The notes beneath the pieces were generated by a model that did no database searches, was not told where the DNA came from, and saw nothing but the letters and a program-made list of their open reading frames with translations. Made by a program: the position numbers and the translations under genes. From contig JBMNHO010000002.1 in NCBI GenBank assembly GCA_050950425.1, forward strand, positions 1,360,154 through 1,424,153: a stretch of DNA of 64,000 bases, read 5' to 3'. Position 1 is the first letter of the stretch. Each line of letters begins with the position of its first letter. The DNA is from Oscillospiraceae bacterium. Lineage in GTDB: Bacteria; Bacillota; Clostridia; Oscillospirales; Oscillospiraceae. Below, one piece after another: positions 9,945-20,350 of the stretch.

Positions 9945-11000
9945 ATGAAGATTATCATAGACGCCATGGGTGGAGACAACGCGCCGGGGGAACTGGTGCG
10001 GGGCGCGCTGCAGGCGACCGAAGAGCGCGGATTGGAAGTTGTCCTTGTGGGACAGGGAGAGCTGCTCCTGAAGGTGTTGGAGGATGACGGGATCAAGTCC
10101 CTCCCGAAAGGGGTGGAGATTGCCCATGCCCAGCAGGTGATCACCATGCAGGACAACCCCGCAACCGCCTTTCGAGAAAAGAAGGACTCTTCTTTGACCG
10201 TGGCCCTGAACCTGCTGCGGGACGGAGAAGGGGACGCCGTTGTTTCGGCCGGCTCCACAGGGGCGCTTTTGTCGGCGGCCACGCTCATTGTCAAGCGTGT
10301 CAGGGGCATTCGAAGGGCGGCTCTTTCTCCCCTGGTGCCAAACGGGCAGGGGGGAATGGTTCTCATCGACTGCGGGGCAAATGTGGAATGCACGCCGGAA
10401 TATCTGCTGCAGTTTGCCTATTTGGGCAGCGCCTATGCGGAACGGGTGTTAAACCGGCCGGAGCCCCGGGTCGGGCTGCTGAACATCGGAACAGAGGCAA
10501 CCAAGGGAACGCCCCTGTACCAGGAGGCGTATGCCCTGCTGAAGGCGGCGGGGGACGCCGGTCGGCTGCATTTTGTTGGCAACGTGGAGGCCCGGGAGGC
10601 GGTGCTGGGCGCCGTTGATGTGCTGGTGGCAGACGGGTTTTCCGGCAATATCATGCTAAAGTCCATCGAAGGAACGGCTCTGTTTTTGGCGGAAGAGGTA
10701 AGAAAGATGTTTCAGAAAAACGCCAAATCAAAATTGGCGTATCTCGGCATCAAGGACGGCATAGCAGAGTTTAAAAAGCTGCTGGACTACAGAGAAGTGG
10801 GCGGAACGGCGCTGCTTGGCATCTCCAAGCCTGTGATCAAGGCCCATGGCTCCAGTGACGCGCTGGCCATCCGCAACGCCATATATCAGGCCGCCGCCTT
10901 GGCGGATTCCGATATGATTTCCGATGTGGCGGAAGGGATCCGCCATATGCGCCTGAGCGGGCCCCAGCTGCCGGAGCCGGAAAACGAAAAAAACTATTGA
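9945..11000 (+). CDS. plsX: phosphate acyltransferase PlsX
   Basis: MKIIIDAMGGDNAP start, SAGSTGAL, GLLNIGTE, ADGFSGNI; GAGGGGGG upstream of ATG 9945. Confidence 0.9.
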   Translation: MKIIIDAMGGDNAPGELVRGALQATEERGLEVVLVGQGELLLKVLEDDGIKSLPKGVEIAHAQQVITMQDNPATAFREKKDSSLTVALNLLRDGEGDAVVSAGSTGALLSAATLIVKRVRGIRRAALSPLVPNGQGGMVLIDCGANVECTPEYLLQFAYLGSAYAERVLNRPEPRVGLLNIGTEATKGTPLYQEAYALLKAAGDAGRLHFVGNVEAREAVLGAVDVLVADGFSGNIMLKSIEGTALFLAEEVRKMFQKNAKSKLAYLGIKDGIAEFKKLLDYREVGGTALLGISKPVIKAHGSSDALAIRNAIYQAAALADSDMISDVAEGIRHMRLSGPQLPEPENEKNY

Positions 11001-11025
11001 CACGATGATGGAATATGCATATTAT
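10997..11025 (+). promoter_or_regulatory. possible promoter upstream of acpP
   Basis: TTGACA (10997-11002), 17-nt spacer, TATTAT (11020-11025). Confidence 0.35.
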
Positions 11026-11083
11026 TTTAATGATTGATGAATGTTAGAAGTTTGATTTCAGAGTAAAGGGTGGGAATTTCAAA

Positions 11084-11317
11084 ATGATTTTTGAGAAAGT
11101 ATGCGGGCTCATTGCAGAGCAGTTTTCTGTGGACACCGGAACGATTACCATAGACACGTCGTTTGCGGAAGATTTGGGTGCGGATTCTCTCGACATTGTA
11201 GAACTGAGCATGGCGCTGGAAGAAGAATTTGACGTGGGAGAACTGGAAGACGAGGAACTGGCGTCCCTGTTGACCGTGGGTGACTTGGTGCGGTTTTTAA
11301 CCAGCCGGGTGGACTAG
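11084..11317 (+). CDS. acpP: acyl carrier protein
   Basis: 77 aa, acidic, phosphopantetheine site LGADSLDIVEL. Confidence 0.9.
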   Translation: MIFEKVCGLIAEQFSVDTGTITIDTSFAEDLGADSLDIVELSMALEEEFDVGELEDEELASLLTVGDLVRFLTSRVD

Positions 11318-11522
11318 CGCATAAAAGAAGCAGCCAAGCGGATGGAGGCGGCATCGCCCCTTCGTCCGTTGCATTGCTTCCCCCGACGGGCAAGAGGGGG
11401 GCAGAGTTACAATGGATGATTTCAGTGTGCAACGGAAGAAAAAGGCTGGTTTTGCGCTGAAATGATCCCATTGTTTGAGCCACGTCCCGCTGGGTTCCCA
11501 TGCAGTTGAAACGAGAAATATG

Positions 11523-11551
11523 GGCCGCCCTCGTGGCGGCCTGTTTTTATT
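11523..11551 (+). terminator. intrinsic terminator about 200 nt downstream of acpP
   Basis: GGCCGCC/GGCGGCC 7-bp stem, loop CTCGT, then TGTTTTTATT; lies inside the 5-prime extension of the ORF-track rnc ORF. Confidence 0.55.
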
Positions 11552-11583
11552 CCCATGGGTTTGGCAGACAAGGAGGAACAAAA

Positions 11584-12264
11584 ATGGATGCAATTGAAAA
11601 AGCGCTGGGATATGCTTTTCTGGACAAATCGCTGCTGGAACACGCGTTGACCCACAGCTCCTATGCCAACGAAAACCGGGGCCGAAGCCAGAGCAGCAAT
11701 GAGCGGCTGGAGTTTTTGGGGGACTCTGTCTTGGGCATGTTGGTGGCGGAATATTTGTACCGGGCGCACCCCAAGCTCCCGGAAGGGGAGCTGACAAGGC
11801 TGCGGGCCAACCTTGTGTGTGAGCAGAGCTTGGTGCTTGTGGCCCAAAAATGGAACTTGGGCGCACATTTAAAGCTGGGGCGCGGGGAGGAGAGCGGCGG
11901 CGGCCGGCGGCGGCCGTCTATCTTGGCTGATGCGGTGGAGGCTGTTCTTGCCGCCGTGTATCTGGACGGCGGTCTTGCCGAGGCAAGCCGGATCATTCAT
12001 GCCTTTGTGTTGGACAACGAAGCTCATGACGTGATTCGGGACTATAAAACCGCGCTTCAAGAGCTGGTGCAGGGAGAGAGCAAACAGGCCCTGGTGTATC
12101 ACTTGCAGGGAGAACATGGGCCGGACCACGCAAAGATCTTTTCCGTAGAAGTATGCATCGACGGCGTCTTTGCGGGAGAAGGGGAAGGGCGCAGCAAGAA
12201 AGAAGCCGAACAGGCGGCCGCCCGGGCCGCCATTGAGCATTATGGAAAGCAAACCCGGCTATAG
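11584..12264 (+). CDS. rnc: ribonuclease III
   Basis: RNase III signature ERLEFLGDSVLG plus C-terminal dsRBD; ATG 11584 preceded by AAGGAGG. Confidence 0.9.
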   Translation: MDAIEKALGYAFLDKSLLEHALTHSSYANENRGRSQSSNERLEFLGDSVLGMLVAEYLYRAHPKLPEGELTRLRANLVCEQSLVLVAQKWNLGAHLKLGRGEESGGGRRRPSILADAVEAVLAAVYLDGGLAEASRIIHAFVLDNEAHDVIRDYKTALQELVQGESKQALVYHLQGEHGPDHAKIFSVEVCIDGVFAGEGEGRSKKEAEQAAARAAIEHYGKQTRL

Positions 12265-12297
12265 GAACGGCTGTCCGCCAGTGAGGAGGTGCGTGTT

Positions 12298-15200
12298 TTG
12301 TATCTGAAGTCACTGGAGATGCAAGGATTCAAATCGTTTCCCGACAAAACGGTCATTTCGTTTGACCGGGGGATTTCCGCCGTTGTCGGACCCAATGGCA
12401 GCGGAAAGTCTAACTTGTCCGACGCTGTTTTGTGGGTTCTGGGGGAACAGAAATCCCGGGCGCTGCGGGGCGGGAAAATGGAAGATGTGATTTTTGGCGG
12501 AACCCAAACCCGAAAGGCTGTGGGCTTTGCCCAGGTGACCTTGATTTTGGACAACGAGGACGGCACCTTGCCCCTGCCGGAGCGGGAAGTGATGGTCGCC
12601 CGCCGATATTACCGCTCCGGGGAGAGCGTCTATTTGATCAACCGCGCCGCCGTTCGGCTGCGGGACGTGCAGGAGCTGTTTCTGGATACCGGGTTGGGGC
12701 AAGAAGGATACTCGGTCATCGGGCAGGGAAAAATCGATGAAATTTTATCCGCCAGGCCGGAAGAGCGAAGGGGCGTTTTGGAAGAGGCGGCGGGCATCTC
12801 TCGGTTTCGTTATCGAAAGGAAGAGGCGCAGCGCAAGCTGAGACGAACGGACGAAAATCTGCTGCGGATCACAGACAAGATCGCGGAACTGGAGCTTCAG
12901 GTTGTCCCCTTGCGGGAACAAGCGGCCCAGGCAAAGCAGTATCTATACCTGCGGGACGAACTGCGGGGGCTGGAGATTTCTCTCTGGCTGACCCGGCTGG
13001 AGTGCTTGAAAGAAAGCCGAAGAGAGAACGAAAGCAAGCTGGAAAACGCTTTGGCATACAGAGGGGCGCTGCAAACGGCGCTGGAAGGCTTGTATGACGA
13101 AGGAGAAAGGCTGCAGCAGGCCATGCGGGAACGGGACACGGCCCAAGATCAGATCAGGCAGGACCAGGCCGCGTGGAACGCCCGGCAAACAGAAGGGGAA
13201 AGCCGCCTTGCCGTGCTGGAATCCAGGGTTTCCGACCTGTCAGAGCGGATGCATGCTCTGGAACGGGAGAAGCCGGAACGAGACAGACGCATACGCCGCC
13301 TTTCCGGCCAAATAGAGGAAAAGAGCGCCCGTCTTTTGGAGATTGAAGCGCAGCAGGCAGACCAAACGCTTTGTTTGGAGGCGGATCAGCAGCGTGGGCT
13401 GGAGATTCAACGGGAGCTGGCCGCGCTGGATGCCGCCCGGGAAGCGGCCGCGCGTCAGGCGGCCGAGCAGCAGTCGAAAACGGAAAAGATGCGAGAGCGG
13501 CAAGCCGCCTTGCAGGCTGTGTTGGGCGAGCTTTTGGGGCAAATGAACCGGATAAAACAGGAAAAGGCCGCAAGCGACGACGGGGAACGGGAGATGCGCC
13601 GCACGCTGGACGAAGCCCAGCGTGAGACGCAAACGGCGCAGGCGGCGCTTGCGCAGGCCACAGAGCGTGTGCGCGGGGCCAAGGCCCAAGCGGAGCAACA
13701 GGAAGAGAAAACCAGAGCCGCCGCCCGGGAGAGAGAAGCGCTGGGCCGCCAGCTGGAGCAAGCAGCCGCGAAGGCGGAGATGCTAAAGGGGCTGGAGGAT
13801 CTGTACGAAGGATATTCAAGGGCGGTGCGTGTGCTGATGAAGGCGGGAGGAGCGCTTCCCGGCATCCGAGGGCCCGTTTCCGCCCATATTCAGGCGAGGC
13901 CCCCTTATGTCCTCGCCATTGAGGTGGCGCTGGGGGGCGCTCTGCAGCAGATCATCGTGGAGACAGACGAAGCAGGGAAGAAAGCCATCGCCTATCTCAA
14001 AGGGGAAAAGGCCGGGAGGGCGACGTTTCTGCCCATGAACACCGTGCGCGGCAAACCCATGGACGTGAGATCCATGGAGAGCGCGCCGGGCTTTTTGGGG
14101 GTTGCCAGCGATTTGGTTTCTTACAATGCGGAATATAACGGTATCATGGCCCACTTGCTGGGGCGCACCGTGGTGATGACGGACTTGGATCATGCCATCC
14201 CTTTGGCGAGGCAGTTTCGGCACCAGTTTCGCATTGTGACGCTGGACGGCCAAATGCTCCAGCGGGGCGGGGCCATGACAGGGGGAAGCGCCGGAGCAAA
14301 GGCCGGGATATTATCCCGCGCGGCGGAGCTTGACCAGATGAAGCGGCAGCAGAGAGAGTTGGAAGCCGCCGCCCTGGCCGGCGACAGGTCATTGGAGCAG
14401 GCGCAGAAGGAACGGGCCAAAGCGCGGGCCCAGCTGGAGGCGCAAGAGCAGACCCGCAAAAGGGCGGCGGAGCGGGCTGTCTCCTGTCAGTTGGCCAGCG
14501 AACAGTGCAAGGCCGGCTATGCCGCCCTTTTGGCCCAAAGACAGGCGCAAGAGGAGGCACACGGTCTTTTGCAGGGGCGGGTCGAACAAACGAAAAACGA
14601 AATGGACGGGTTGGCTCAACTGTTGCGGCAAGCGGACGGCACAAAAAGCGAACCGGACGGGGCGCCGGCCCGGGAAGAAGCGCGGCGAAACGCGCTTGAC
14701 AGAGAAAAAGAGGCGCTGTCCGCCCGGAACGCAAAAGGGCAGGCTCTTCTTTCCGCCTTGCAGTCAGAGCAGGCGGCCCTGACGGCCGGGCTGGAAGAGC
14801 TGACGGTTTTGTTCCAGGGAATGGAGGAGGACCGAAAGGCGCTGCAAACCCAGCAAAGGGAATGCGCCGCTTCCGCCCAGGGGCTTTTGCGGCAAATAGG
14901 AGATCAAAAGGCGACGATGCAGACGCTGGAACAGAAACAGGCGCAAACCCAAGCAGAACTGGAACGGCTGGCACAGGAGCGAATCCAACTAGAGGGCCGG
15001 CGGGTGCGGGCGGAAAAAGAGGCCCAAAAGACAAACCAATCCCTGTTGCAGACAGAGCGGGAGTGGGCCACCCTTGCCCAGAAGAAGCAGGAGTGGGATC
15101 TGGAGGAAACGGGAATTCTAGAAAAGCTGTGGGACACGTATGGCCTGTCGCACAGCGGGGCGCTCCCCCTTCGCCAGAAGCTCGCGGACGTCGGTGCGGC

Positions 15201-15861
15201 GTCCCGGCAGATCGGCACGCTGAAGCAGAAGATGCGGGCGCTTGGCACCCCCAATTTAGGAGCCATTGAAGCGTTTGAACAGGTGAACAGCCGATACGAG
15301 TATTTAAGCCGGGAACGGGAAGACATTACGAAAGCCAAAGAAGAGCTAAGCCGTATCATCGAGGCCATCACAGAGGAAATGAAAGAAGTGTTTCAAACAC
15401 AGTTTGACACGTTGAATCAGTTGTTTTCCGAGGTATTTCAGGCGCTGTTCGGCGGAGGGAAGGCCCATCTGGAGCTGGAAACGGGCGAGGACATTTTGGA
15501 GTGCAACATTGAAATCCGGGCCCAGCCGCCGGGCAAGTCTCTGAAAACCATTTCGCTGCTCTCCGGCGGAGAGAAGGCATTTGTGGCCATCGCCCTGTAC
15601 TTTGCCATTTTAAAGCTGCGGCCCACGCCCTTTTGCATGATGGACGAAATTGAAGCGGCGCTGGACGAGCAGAACGTGACGCGGTTTGCAAGGTATCTGC
15701 GTTCCATTTCAGATCAAACCCAGTTTGTCGTCATCACCCATCGCAGAGGCACCATGGAAGAAGCCGATATGCTATATGGCATTACCATGCAGGAGCAGGG
15801 CGTTTCCAAGGTGGTGACCCTGCGGCTGGATGAAGCATCGGATCTGTTGCAATTTTCATAA
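12298..15861 (+). CDS. smc: chromosome partition protein Smc
   Basis: Walker A GPNGSGKSN, long coiled coils, hinge, signature LSGGEKAFVAIAL, Walker B FCMMDEIEAALD; TTG 12298 has GAGGAGG 8 nt upstream (track start 12289). Confidence 0.95.
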   Translation: MYLKSLEMQGFKSFPDKTVISFDRGISAVVGPNGSGKSNLSDAVLWVLGEQKSRALRGGKMEDVIFGGTQTRKAVGFAQVTLILDNEDGTLPLPEREVMVARRYYRSGESVYLINRAAVRLRDVQELFLDTGLGQEGYSVIGQGKIDEILSARPEERRGVLEEAAGISRFRYRKEEAQRKLRRTDENLLRITDKIAELELQVVPLREQAAQAKQYLYLRDELRGLEISLWLTRLECLKESRRENESKLENALAYRGALQTALEGLYDEGERLQQAMRERDTAQDQIRQDQAAWNARQTEGESRLAVLESRVSDLSERMHALEREKPERDRRIRRLSGQIEEKSARLLEIEAQQADQTLCLEADQQRGLEIQRELAALDAAREAAARQAAEQQSKTEKMRERQAALQAVLGELLGQMNRIKQEKAASDDGEREMRRTLDEAQRETQTAQAALAQATERVRGAKAQAEQQEEKTRAAAREREALGRQLEQAAAKAEMLKGLEDLYEGYSRAVRVLMKAGGALPGIRGPVSAHIQARPPYVLAIEVALGGALQQIIVETDEAGKKAIAYLKGEKAGRATFLPMNTVRGKPMDVRSMESAPGFLGVASDLVSYNAEYNGIMAHLLGRTVVMTDLDHAIPLARQFRHQFRIVTLDGQMLQRGGAMTGGSAGAKAGILSRAAELDQMKRQQRELEAAALAGDRSLEQAQKERAKARAQLEAQEQTRKRAAERAVSCQLASEQCKAGYAALLAQRQAQEEAHGLLQGRVEQTKNEMDGLAQLLRQADGTKSEPDGAPAREEARRNALDREKEALSARNAKGQALLSALQSEQAALTAGLEELTVLFQGMEEDRKALQTQQRECAASAQGLLRQIGDQKATMQTLEQKQAQTQAELERLAQERIQLEGRRVRAEKEAQKTNQSLLQTEREWATLAQKKQEWDLEETGILEKLWDTYGLSHSGALPLRQKLADVGAASRQIGTLKQKMRALGTPNLGAIEAFEQVNSRYEYLSREREDITKAKEELSRIIEAITEEMKEVFQTQFDTLNQLFSEVFQALFGGGKAHLELETGEDILECNIEIRAQPPGKSLKTISLLSGGEKAFVAIALYFAILKLRPTPFCMMDEIEAALDEQNVTRFARYLRSISDQTQFVVITHRRGTMEEADMLYGITMQEQGVSKVVTLRLDEASDLLQFS

Positions 15862-15875
15862 AATGGAGAAGAAAT

Positions 15876-16781
15876 ATGAGTTTTTTCAATAAAATCAAAG
15901 AGAAGCTTACCAAGACCCAAAAAGCCATCGGCAGCTCTTTGGACGGCATTTTTTCCGGCTTTTCCTCGCTGAAGGATGATTTTTTTGACGAGTTGGAGGA
16001 AACCCTGATCTTAGCGGATATGGGCGTGGAGACCTCTGTGCGGGTGGTGGAAGCCCTGCGGGCCAAGATAAAGGAAGAGAAGATCAAAGAGCCGGAAGCG
16101 GCGAGAGAAGCCCTGCGCGGGATTTTAATTGAAATGCTGCAAGTGGGGGACACGAAGCTGCATCTGGAGACGAAGCCCTCTGTTATTTTGGTCATCGGCG
16201 TCAACGGCGTGGGGAAAACCACCACCATCGGCAAGCTTGGCGCCGCATGGAAGCAGGCGGGCAAGCGGGTGCTGCTGTGCGCCGGGGACACCTTCCGCGC
16301 CGCCGCGGCAGACCAGCTGCAGGTTTGGGCGGAGCGGGACGGCGTGGAGCTGGTTCGTCAAAAAGAAGGGGCAGACCCTGCCGCCGTGGTGTTTGACGCC
16401 ATCTCCGCCGCCAAAGCGAGGGGCAGCGACCTTGTGATCTGCGATACGGCGGGCCGGCTGCACAACAAGCAGAATTTGATGAACGAGCTGAGCAAGATCA
16501 GCCATATCATCGACCGGGAGCTGCCGGACGCCAGCCGGGAGACCCTTTTGGTGCTGGACGCCACAACAGGGCAGAACGGCCTGCTTCAGGCGATCCAGTT
16601 CAAAGAAGCGGCGGGGGTCACTGGGGTTGTGCTAACCAAGATGGACGGCACCGCCAAGGGAGGAATCGTCTTTGCTGTTTCCGATACGTTGGGCATCCCC
16701 GTCAAATACATCGGCGTGGGCGAGCAGGCGGACGACCTGGTGCCCTTTGACGCCGCGGAATTTGTCAGGGCGATGGTCTAG
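15876..16781 (+). CDS. ftsY: signal recognition particle receptor FtsY
   Basis: SRP GTPase motifs GVNGVGKTTTIGKL, DTAGRLH, TKMDGTAKGG. Confidence 0.95.
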   Translation: MSFFNKIKEKLTKTQKAIGSSLDGIFSGFSSLKDDFFDELEETLILADMGVETSVRVVEALRAKIKEEKIKEPEAAREALRGILIEMLQVGDTKLHLETKPSVILVIGVNGVGKTTTIGKLGAAWKQAGKRVLLCAGDTFRAAAADQLQVWAERDGVELVRQKEGADPAAVVFDAISAAKARGSDLVICDTAGRLHNKQNLMNELSKISHIIDRELPDASRETLLVLDATTGQNGLLQAIQFKEAAGVTGVVLTKMDGTAKGGIVFAVSDTLGIPVKYIGVGEQADDLVPFDAAEFVRAMV

Positions 16782-16797
16782 AAGGGGTGGGAACACG

Positions 16798-17403
16798 ATG
16801 AAATTGGTCTTGGCCTCGCAAAACCCCAAAAAACTGGGGGAAATGCAGGATATTTTATCCCATTTGGGTGTAGAAGTGGTGCTGCAGTCTGCCTTGGACG
16901 TTTATGTGGACGTGGAAGAAACGGGGAAAACCTTTGGGGAAAACGCAGAGATGAAAGCCCGCGCCGTGATGGAAGCAACGGGCCTTCCTGCCATTGGGGA
17001 CGACTCCGGCCTTGCGGTGGACGCTTTGGGGGGCAAGCCCGGTATCTACTCCGCCCGATACGGCGGGCCGGGGCTTAGCGACGCGGAACGGTACCGGTTG
17101 CTGCTGCAAAATATGCAGGGGGAAAAGGACAGGGCCTGCCGCTTTGTCTGCGCCATTGCGTGCTGCTTTCCGGACGGGCGGGTTCTGACGGCGGAGGGTA
17201 CCTGCGAGGGCGCCGTGGGAACGGAGCCCCGGGGGGAAGGCGGGTTTGGATATGACCCGGTTTTTTACCTGCCGGAGCAGGGGCGAACCATGGCGGAGCT
17301 GACGCCCTATGAAAAACACCAAATTTCCCATAGAGGGAAAGCCCTGCGCCAGTTTGCGCAGCAAATGGCGGCCGAGGCCGCGGAAACGAAACCGGAGAGA
17401 TAG
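16798..17403 (+). CDS. rdgB: dITP/XTP pyrophosphatase (RdgB/HAM1 family)
   Basis: MKLVLASQNPKKLGEM start, ETGKTFGENA, GDDSGL, FGYDPVF, SHRGKAL. Confidence 0.9.
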   Translation: MKLVLASQNPKKLGEMQDILSHLGVEVVLQSALDVYVDVEETGKTFGENAEMKARAVMEATGLPAIGDDSGLAVDALGGKPGIYSARYGGPGLSDAERYRLLLQNMQGEKDRACRFVCAIACCFPDGRVLTAEGTCEGAVGTEPRGEGGFGYDPVFYLPEQGRTMAELTPYEKHQISHRGKALRQFAQQMAAEAAETKPER

Positions 17404-17412
17404 GAGAATATC

Positions 17413-17721
17413 ATGGAACTAACCAGCAAACAAAGGGCTTACCTGCGAGGGGCAGCCAACGGAGCGGATACCATTTTGCATATTGGGAAAGATGGGATCA
17501 GCGACACGGTGATTGCCCAGGCAAACGACGCGCTGGAAGCAAGAGAGCTGATCAAATGCAGAGTACTGGAAAGCGCGGGTCTGACGGCGCGGGAGGTCTG
17601 CGACCTTTTGTCCCGGCAGACGCGCAGCGAGCAGGTGCAGGTCATCGGCTCTACATTTGTGCTGTATCGGAAAAGCCACAAAAAGGACATCAAACACATC
17701 ATGTTGCCTACGCAAAAATAA
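17413..17721 (+). CDS. yhbY: YhbY/YqeI-family CRM-domain RNA-binding protein
   Basis: LTSKQRAYLRG...ILHIGKDGISD...ELIKCRVL pattern of the CRS1/YhbY domain, 102 aa. Confidence 0.8.
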   Translation: MELTSKQRAYLRGAANGADTILHIGKDGISDTVIAQANDALEARELIKCRVLESAGLTAREVCDLLSRQTRSEQVQVIGSTFVLYRKSHKKDIKHIMLPTQK

Positions 17722-17760
17722 AGGGAGTTCTCACTTGAGAGATTGATCGGGAGGATCAGG

Positions 17761-18972
17761 ATGGATACGATGATTCAGCCAAAGAAGATTGGCATTTTTG
17801 GCGGGACGTTCAACCCGCCTCACGTGGGGCATATTTTGCCTGCCCATGGGGCGGCAGAAAAGCTTGGCGTAGATCTGCTGTTTTTTGTGCCTACGGGAAT
17901 CCCTCCGCATAAAGTCTTGCCGCAATGCACGCCCACGGCACAGGAGCGGCTGGAAATGCTGCATCTTGCGGTGGACAGCATTCCCAACGCAAGGGCGCTG
18001 GATTTGGAACTGAAACGGGAAGGGAAAAGCTACACCATTGACACCATCCGCATGCTGCAAACGGCATATCCGGACGCTGTGTTTTACTTTCTGATGGGGA
18101 CGGACATGTTTCAAACCCTGGAGACATGGCAGAACCACGAGGAGCTGCTTTCCATCATCCGCCCCGTTGTTCTGAACCGGGGAGAACAGGGGGAGAAAGA
18201 AAAAAACGCCAAACATGCGGCCAGTCTGAAAGGGAAATACGGAACCGAATGCATTTGTATCCACGGGGAGCCGGTCGTGATTTCGTCAACGGAACTTCGG
18301 CACGCCGCAGAAGACGGAACATGGAACAAATTCGTGTTCCCTTCTGTCTATGGTTATATCCTGCGCCATCAGCTGTACGGCGTCCAAAAGGATTTGAAGC
18401 GTTTGTCCATGGAGGAGCTGCGGGCCGTGGCTTGCAGCTTTTTGAAGGCAAAGCGCATTCCCCACGTGCTGGGGACAGAGCGGGCGGCCGTTGCCCTGGC
18501 GGGGCGCTGGGGCGCAGAGAAAAAAGAGGCCCAGATAGCCGCTCTGCTGCATGACTGCACCAAGCGGCTGGAGATGGAAGAACAGTTGAAATTATGCAGG
18601 AAATATGGTATTGTGTTAGACGAATTGGAGCAAAAGACGCTGAAATTGCTGCATGCCATCACCGGAGCGGAAGTGGGACGGGACGTGTTAGGTGTTTCGG
18701 ATGCCGTGTACGCCGCCATTCGATGGCATACAACCGGCAGAGCCAACATGAGCCTTTTGGAAAAGGTGATTTACCTGGCCGACTTCATTGAAGAAAATCG
18801 GGATTTTCCGGGGGTGGAAACCCTTCGCGCGCTGGCGTTTGAGGACTTGGACGAAGCGATGCTCCTGGGCCTTAATACGACCATTGGAGAGATGAAAAAG
18901 CGGGGGAACCCGGTTCACTTTCGTACTCTGGAAGCGAGGGATTGGCTGAAAGGAACCAAACATGAGTGCTAA
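17761..18972 (+). CDS. nadD: fusion of nicotinate-nucleotide adenylyltransferase (NadD) and YqeK-type HD-domain hydrolase
   Basis: N-half GIFGGTFNPPHVGH (NadD HxGH motif); C-half HVLGTERAAVALA...LLHDCTK...WHTTG (HD domain as in YqeK); ATG 17761 preceded by GGGAGGA. Confidence 0.85.
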   Translation: MDTMIQPKKIGIFGGTFNPPHVGHILPAHGAAEKLGVDLLFFVPTGIPPHKVLPQCTPTAQERLEMLHLAVDSIPNARALDLELKREGKSYTIDTIRMLQTAYPDAVFYFLMGTDMFQTLETWQNHEELLSIIRPVVLNRGEQGEKEKNAKHAASLKGKYGTECICIHGEPVVISSTELRHAAEDGTWNKFVFPSVYGYILRHQLYGVQKDLKRLSMEELRAVACSFLKAKRIPHVLGTERAAVALAGRWGAEKKEAQIAALLHDCTKRLEMEEQLKLCRKYGIVLDELEQKTLKLLHAITGAEVGRDVLGVSDAVYAAIRWHTTGRANMSLLEKVIYLADFIEENRDFPGVETLRALAFEDLDEAMLLGLNTTIGEMKKRGNPVHFRTLEARDWLKGTKHEC

Positions 18973-20350
18973 CAACAGAAACAAATCTTCCTCTGGCAGC
19001 CGGATCCAAGGCGGCAAAAGAGGGGGAAAATCCGGGTTTCGAAAATGGATGTTCGTCCCTCTGATCTTGGCGGTCATCGTGGTGGGCATATTTATTTCGT
19101 ACAAAATGATGGTGCGCCCACCCAGCGTAGGACAGGGTATTTTGCAGGAGGACGGCACCAAAGCAGAGCCGACCCGGGTGCAGGGAAGCGGCAGAAAGCA
19201 GGACTTTTACACCTTCCTGCTGTGTGGAACCGATGACGGAAACGGCGGAACCGACACCATTATGATTGCGGCTTATGATGTGAAAAACCAAAAGATGAAC
19301 GTGATGAGTATTCCGCGGGACACGATGGTCAACGTAAGCTGGAGTACGAAGAAGATCAACTCCACGTACAACGCGGGAGGCATCTCCCGGCTGGCCCGGG
19401 AAGCGGGCAACTTGATCGGGTTTCCCCTTGATTTTTATATCAAGATAGATCTGGAAGGGTTTGTCGAGCTGATTGACGCGCTGGACGGGGTGGATTTTGA
19501 GGTGCCTTGCAACATGAATTATGAGGACCCCACACAAAACTTGTCAATCCATGTGAAAAAAGGGATGCAGCACTTAAACGGCAAAGACGCCGTGGGTGTT
19601 GTGCGCTGGAGGAAGAACAACGACGGGACGGGCTACTCCTCTGGGGACATCGGGCGGATTCAAACCCAGCAGGCGTTTTTAAAGGCCGTTGGAAAGAAGT
19701 GTCTCAATTTGGGGAATATTACAAAGGTGAAGGAATTTGCTGAAATTTTCTCCAAATATGTGGAGACCAACTTATCCCTCGGCAATCTGATTTGGCTGGG
19801 ACAGCAAGGGCTTGGCCTAGATTTGGAAAGCATTCATTTTTTCACCATGCCGGGGAACTATGCCGCAACGCATCAGGGAGTCTCTTACGTAACGCCTGAT
19901 GCCCGTCAATTGGTGACGGCGGTCAACACATATTTAAACCCATACCTGGCGCAGGTGACAAGCGAAGATTTGGACGTGATGTCCATCACAAGCGGAGGCA
20001 AGCTGGTGTCCAGCAAGGGGCAGCTGGCAAGCGGCGTCACCGCTTCTTCGGGTACGCAGGGCAGCAGCGCCGGCAATGCCGCAGCAACGTCGGCGGGGAC
20101 AGCCGCCCCTTCGGCCGCGCCAAAGCAGAGCAAGGCGCCGGCCGCCCCGGCTTCCTCAAAGCCGTCGGCTGCGCCAAAACAATCTGCCGGGGCAACCCCG
20201 TCTGCTCAGCCGACACACGGGGCAACGGCCGCGCCCACCGCAAAACCCTCGAACACTCCCATACCGATTGAGACAAAAACGCCCGGCACCGCGGAACCGA
20301 CAGAAGTTATTCCCATTCCGACAGGGGCGTTGGAAGATGCTGCCGACTGA
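18962..20350 (+). CDS. LytR-CpsA-Psr (LCP) family protein with N-terminal TM helix and Ala/Pro/Ser-rich tail
   Basis: TM helix FVPLILAVIVVGIFI; LCP core LLCGTDDGNGGTDTIMIAAYD...MSIPRDT; low-complexity C-terminus. Confidence 0.85.
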   Translation: MSANNRNKSSSGSRIQGGKRGGKSGFRKWMFVPLILAVIVVGIFISYKMMVRPPSVGQGILQEDGTKAEPTRVQGSGRKQDFYTFLLCGTDDGNGGTDTIMIAAYDVKNQKMNVMSIPRDTMVNVSWSTKKINSTYNAGGISRLAREAGNLIGFPLDFYIKIDLEGFVELIDALDGVDFEVPCNMNYEDPTQNLSIHVKKGMQHLNGKDAVGVVRWRKNNDGTGYSSGDIGRIQTQQAFLKAVGKKCLNLGNITKVKEFAEIFSKYVETNLSLGNLIWLGQQGLGLDLESIHFFTMPGNYAATHQGVSYVTPDARQLVTAVNTYLNPYLAQVTSEDLDVMSITSGGKLVSSKGQLASGVTASSGTQGSSAGNAAATSAGTAAPSAAPKQSKAPAAPASSKPSAAPKQSAGATPSAQPTHGATAAPTAKPSNTPIPIETKTPGTAEPTEVIPIPTGALEDAAD

